From contig DASCPX010000164.1 of the NCBI GenBank assembly GCA_036012755.1, forward strand, positions 1-35,179: a stretch of DNA of 35,179 nucleotides. Direction: 5' to 3'. The notes under the pieces are model-generated. The model was given only the letters and a program-made list of their open reading frames with translations, was not told where the DNA came from and did not search any database. Made by a program: the position numbers and the translations under genes. This document shows, in pieces, positions 35,045 to 35,179 of this stretch (position 1 is the stretch's first letter; each line of letters starts with the position of its first letter). This stretch comes from Myxococcota bacterium (GTDB lineage: Bacteria; Myxococcota_A; UBA796; CAJQPC01).

Positions 35045-35179
35045 CAGGCTGCTGAAGAAGGCTCCCGAGGCCACGACGGCGGAGGCGAGTGCTGGTTGGA
35101 CGTACGACGAGGGCGCTTGCCGAGGCAAGCAACCGAGGAGCCCGTAGGGGCGGCCGTCGCCGCTGGCGGCGGCCGATGG
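35041..35179. mobile_element. Probable non-autonomous MITE-like repeat (IS5/IS1182-like end), truncated by the window end
   Basis: Begins at CTAG (the pssA stop) followed by CAGGCTGCTGAAGAAGG, resembling IS1182/IS5-type terminal repeats. Internal hairpins GCTTGC-CGAG-GCAAGC (35115-35130) and CGGCCGTCGCC-GCT-GGCGGCGGCCG (35151-35175). The right end is not visible. Confidence 0.5.

Noticed and set aside
32692..35055. 787-aa plus-strand ORF
   Set aside because: Arg/Gly/Pro-rich off-frame read-through across three real genes.

Overview
GC-rich bacterial DNA, probably Myxococcota-like (inferred from Cys/Asp-rich surface repeats and many lipoproteins). It behaves like a whole contig: the left end stops inside the first ~18 nt of a minus-strand 16S rRNA gene, with its boxA leader and sigma70 promoter visible, and the right end stops inside a probable MITE/IS-end repeat. 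The main accessory feature is a head-to-head cell-envelope locus of 8 genes (302-14659). Its minus arm encodes a beta-barrel, a POTRA-less peptidase/beta-propeller/Omp85 protein, an unknown lipoprotein and an IPT + Cys/Asp-repeat lipoprotein. Its plus arm encodes a lipoprotein 5'-nucleotidase, a nuclease-less OB-fold lipoprotein and two putative barrels. The rest is densely packed, mostly housekeeping: Trm112-methyltransferase, HAD hydrolase, RluA-Nudix fusion, 2-hydroxyacid dehydrogenase, PfkB kinase, radA with a CxC zinc finger, two acyl-CoA dehydrogenases, namZ, a LamG lipoprotein, class IV aminotransferase, S8 protease, diheme cytochrome c, a two-component system with an accessory protein, lysC and pssA. 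Ultra-short signal peptides without basic residues and very small divergent intergenic regions with overlapping -10-like hexamers recur across the window. All calls come from reading motifs by eye; no searches were run.
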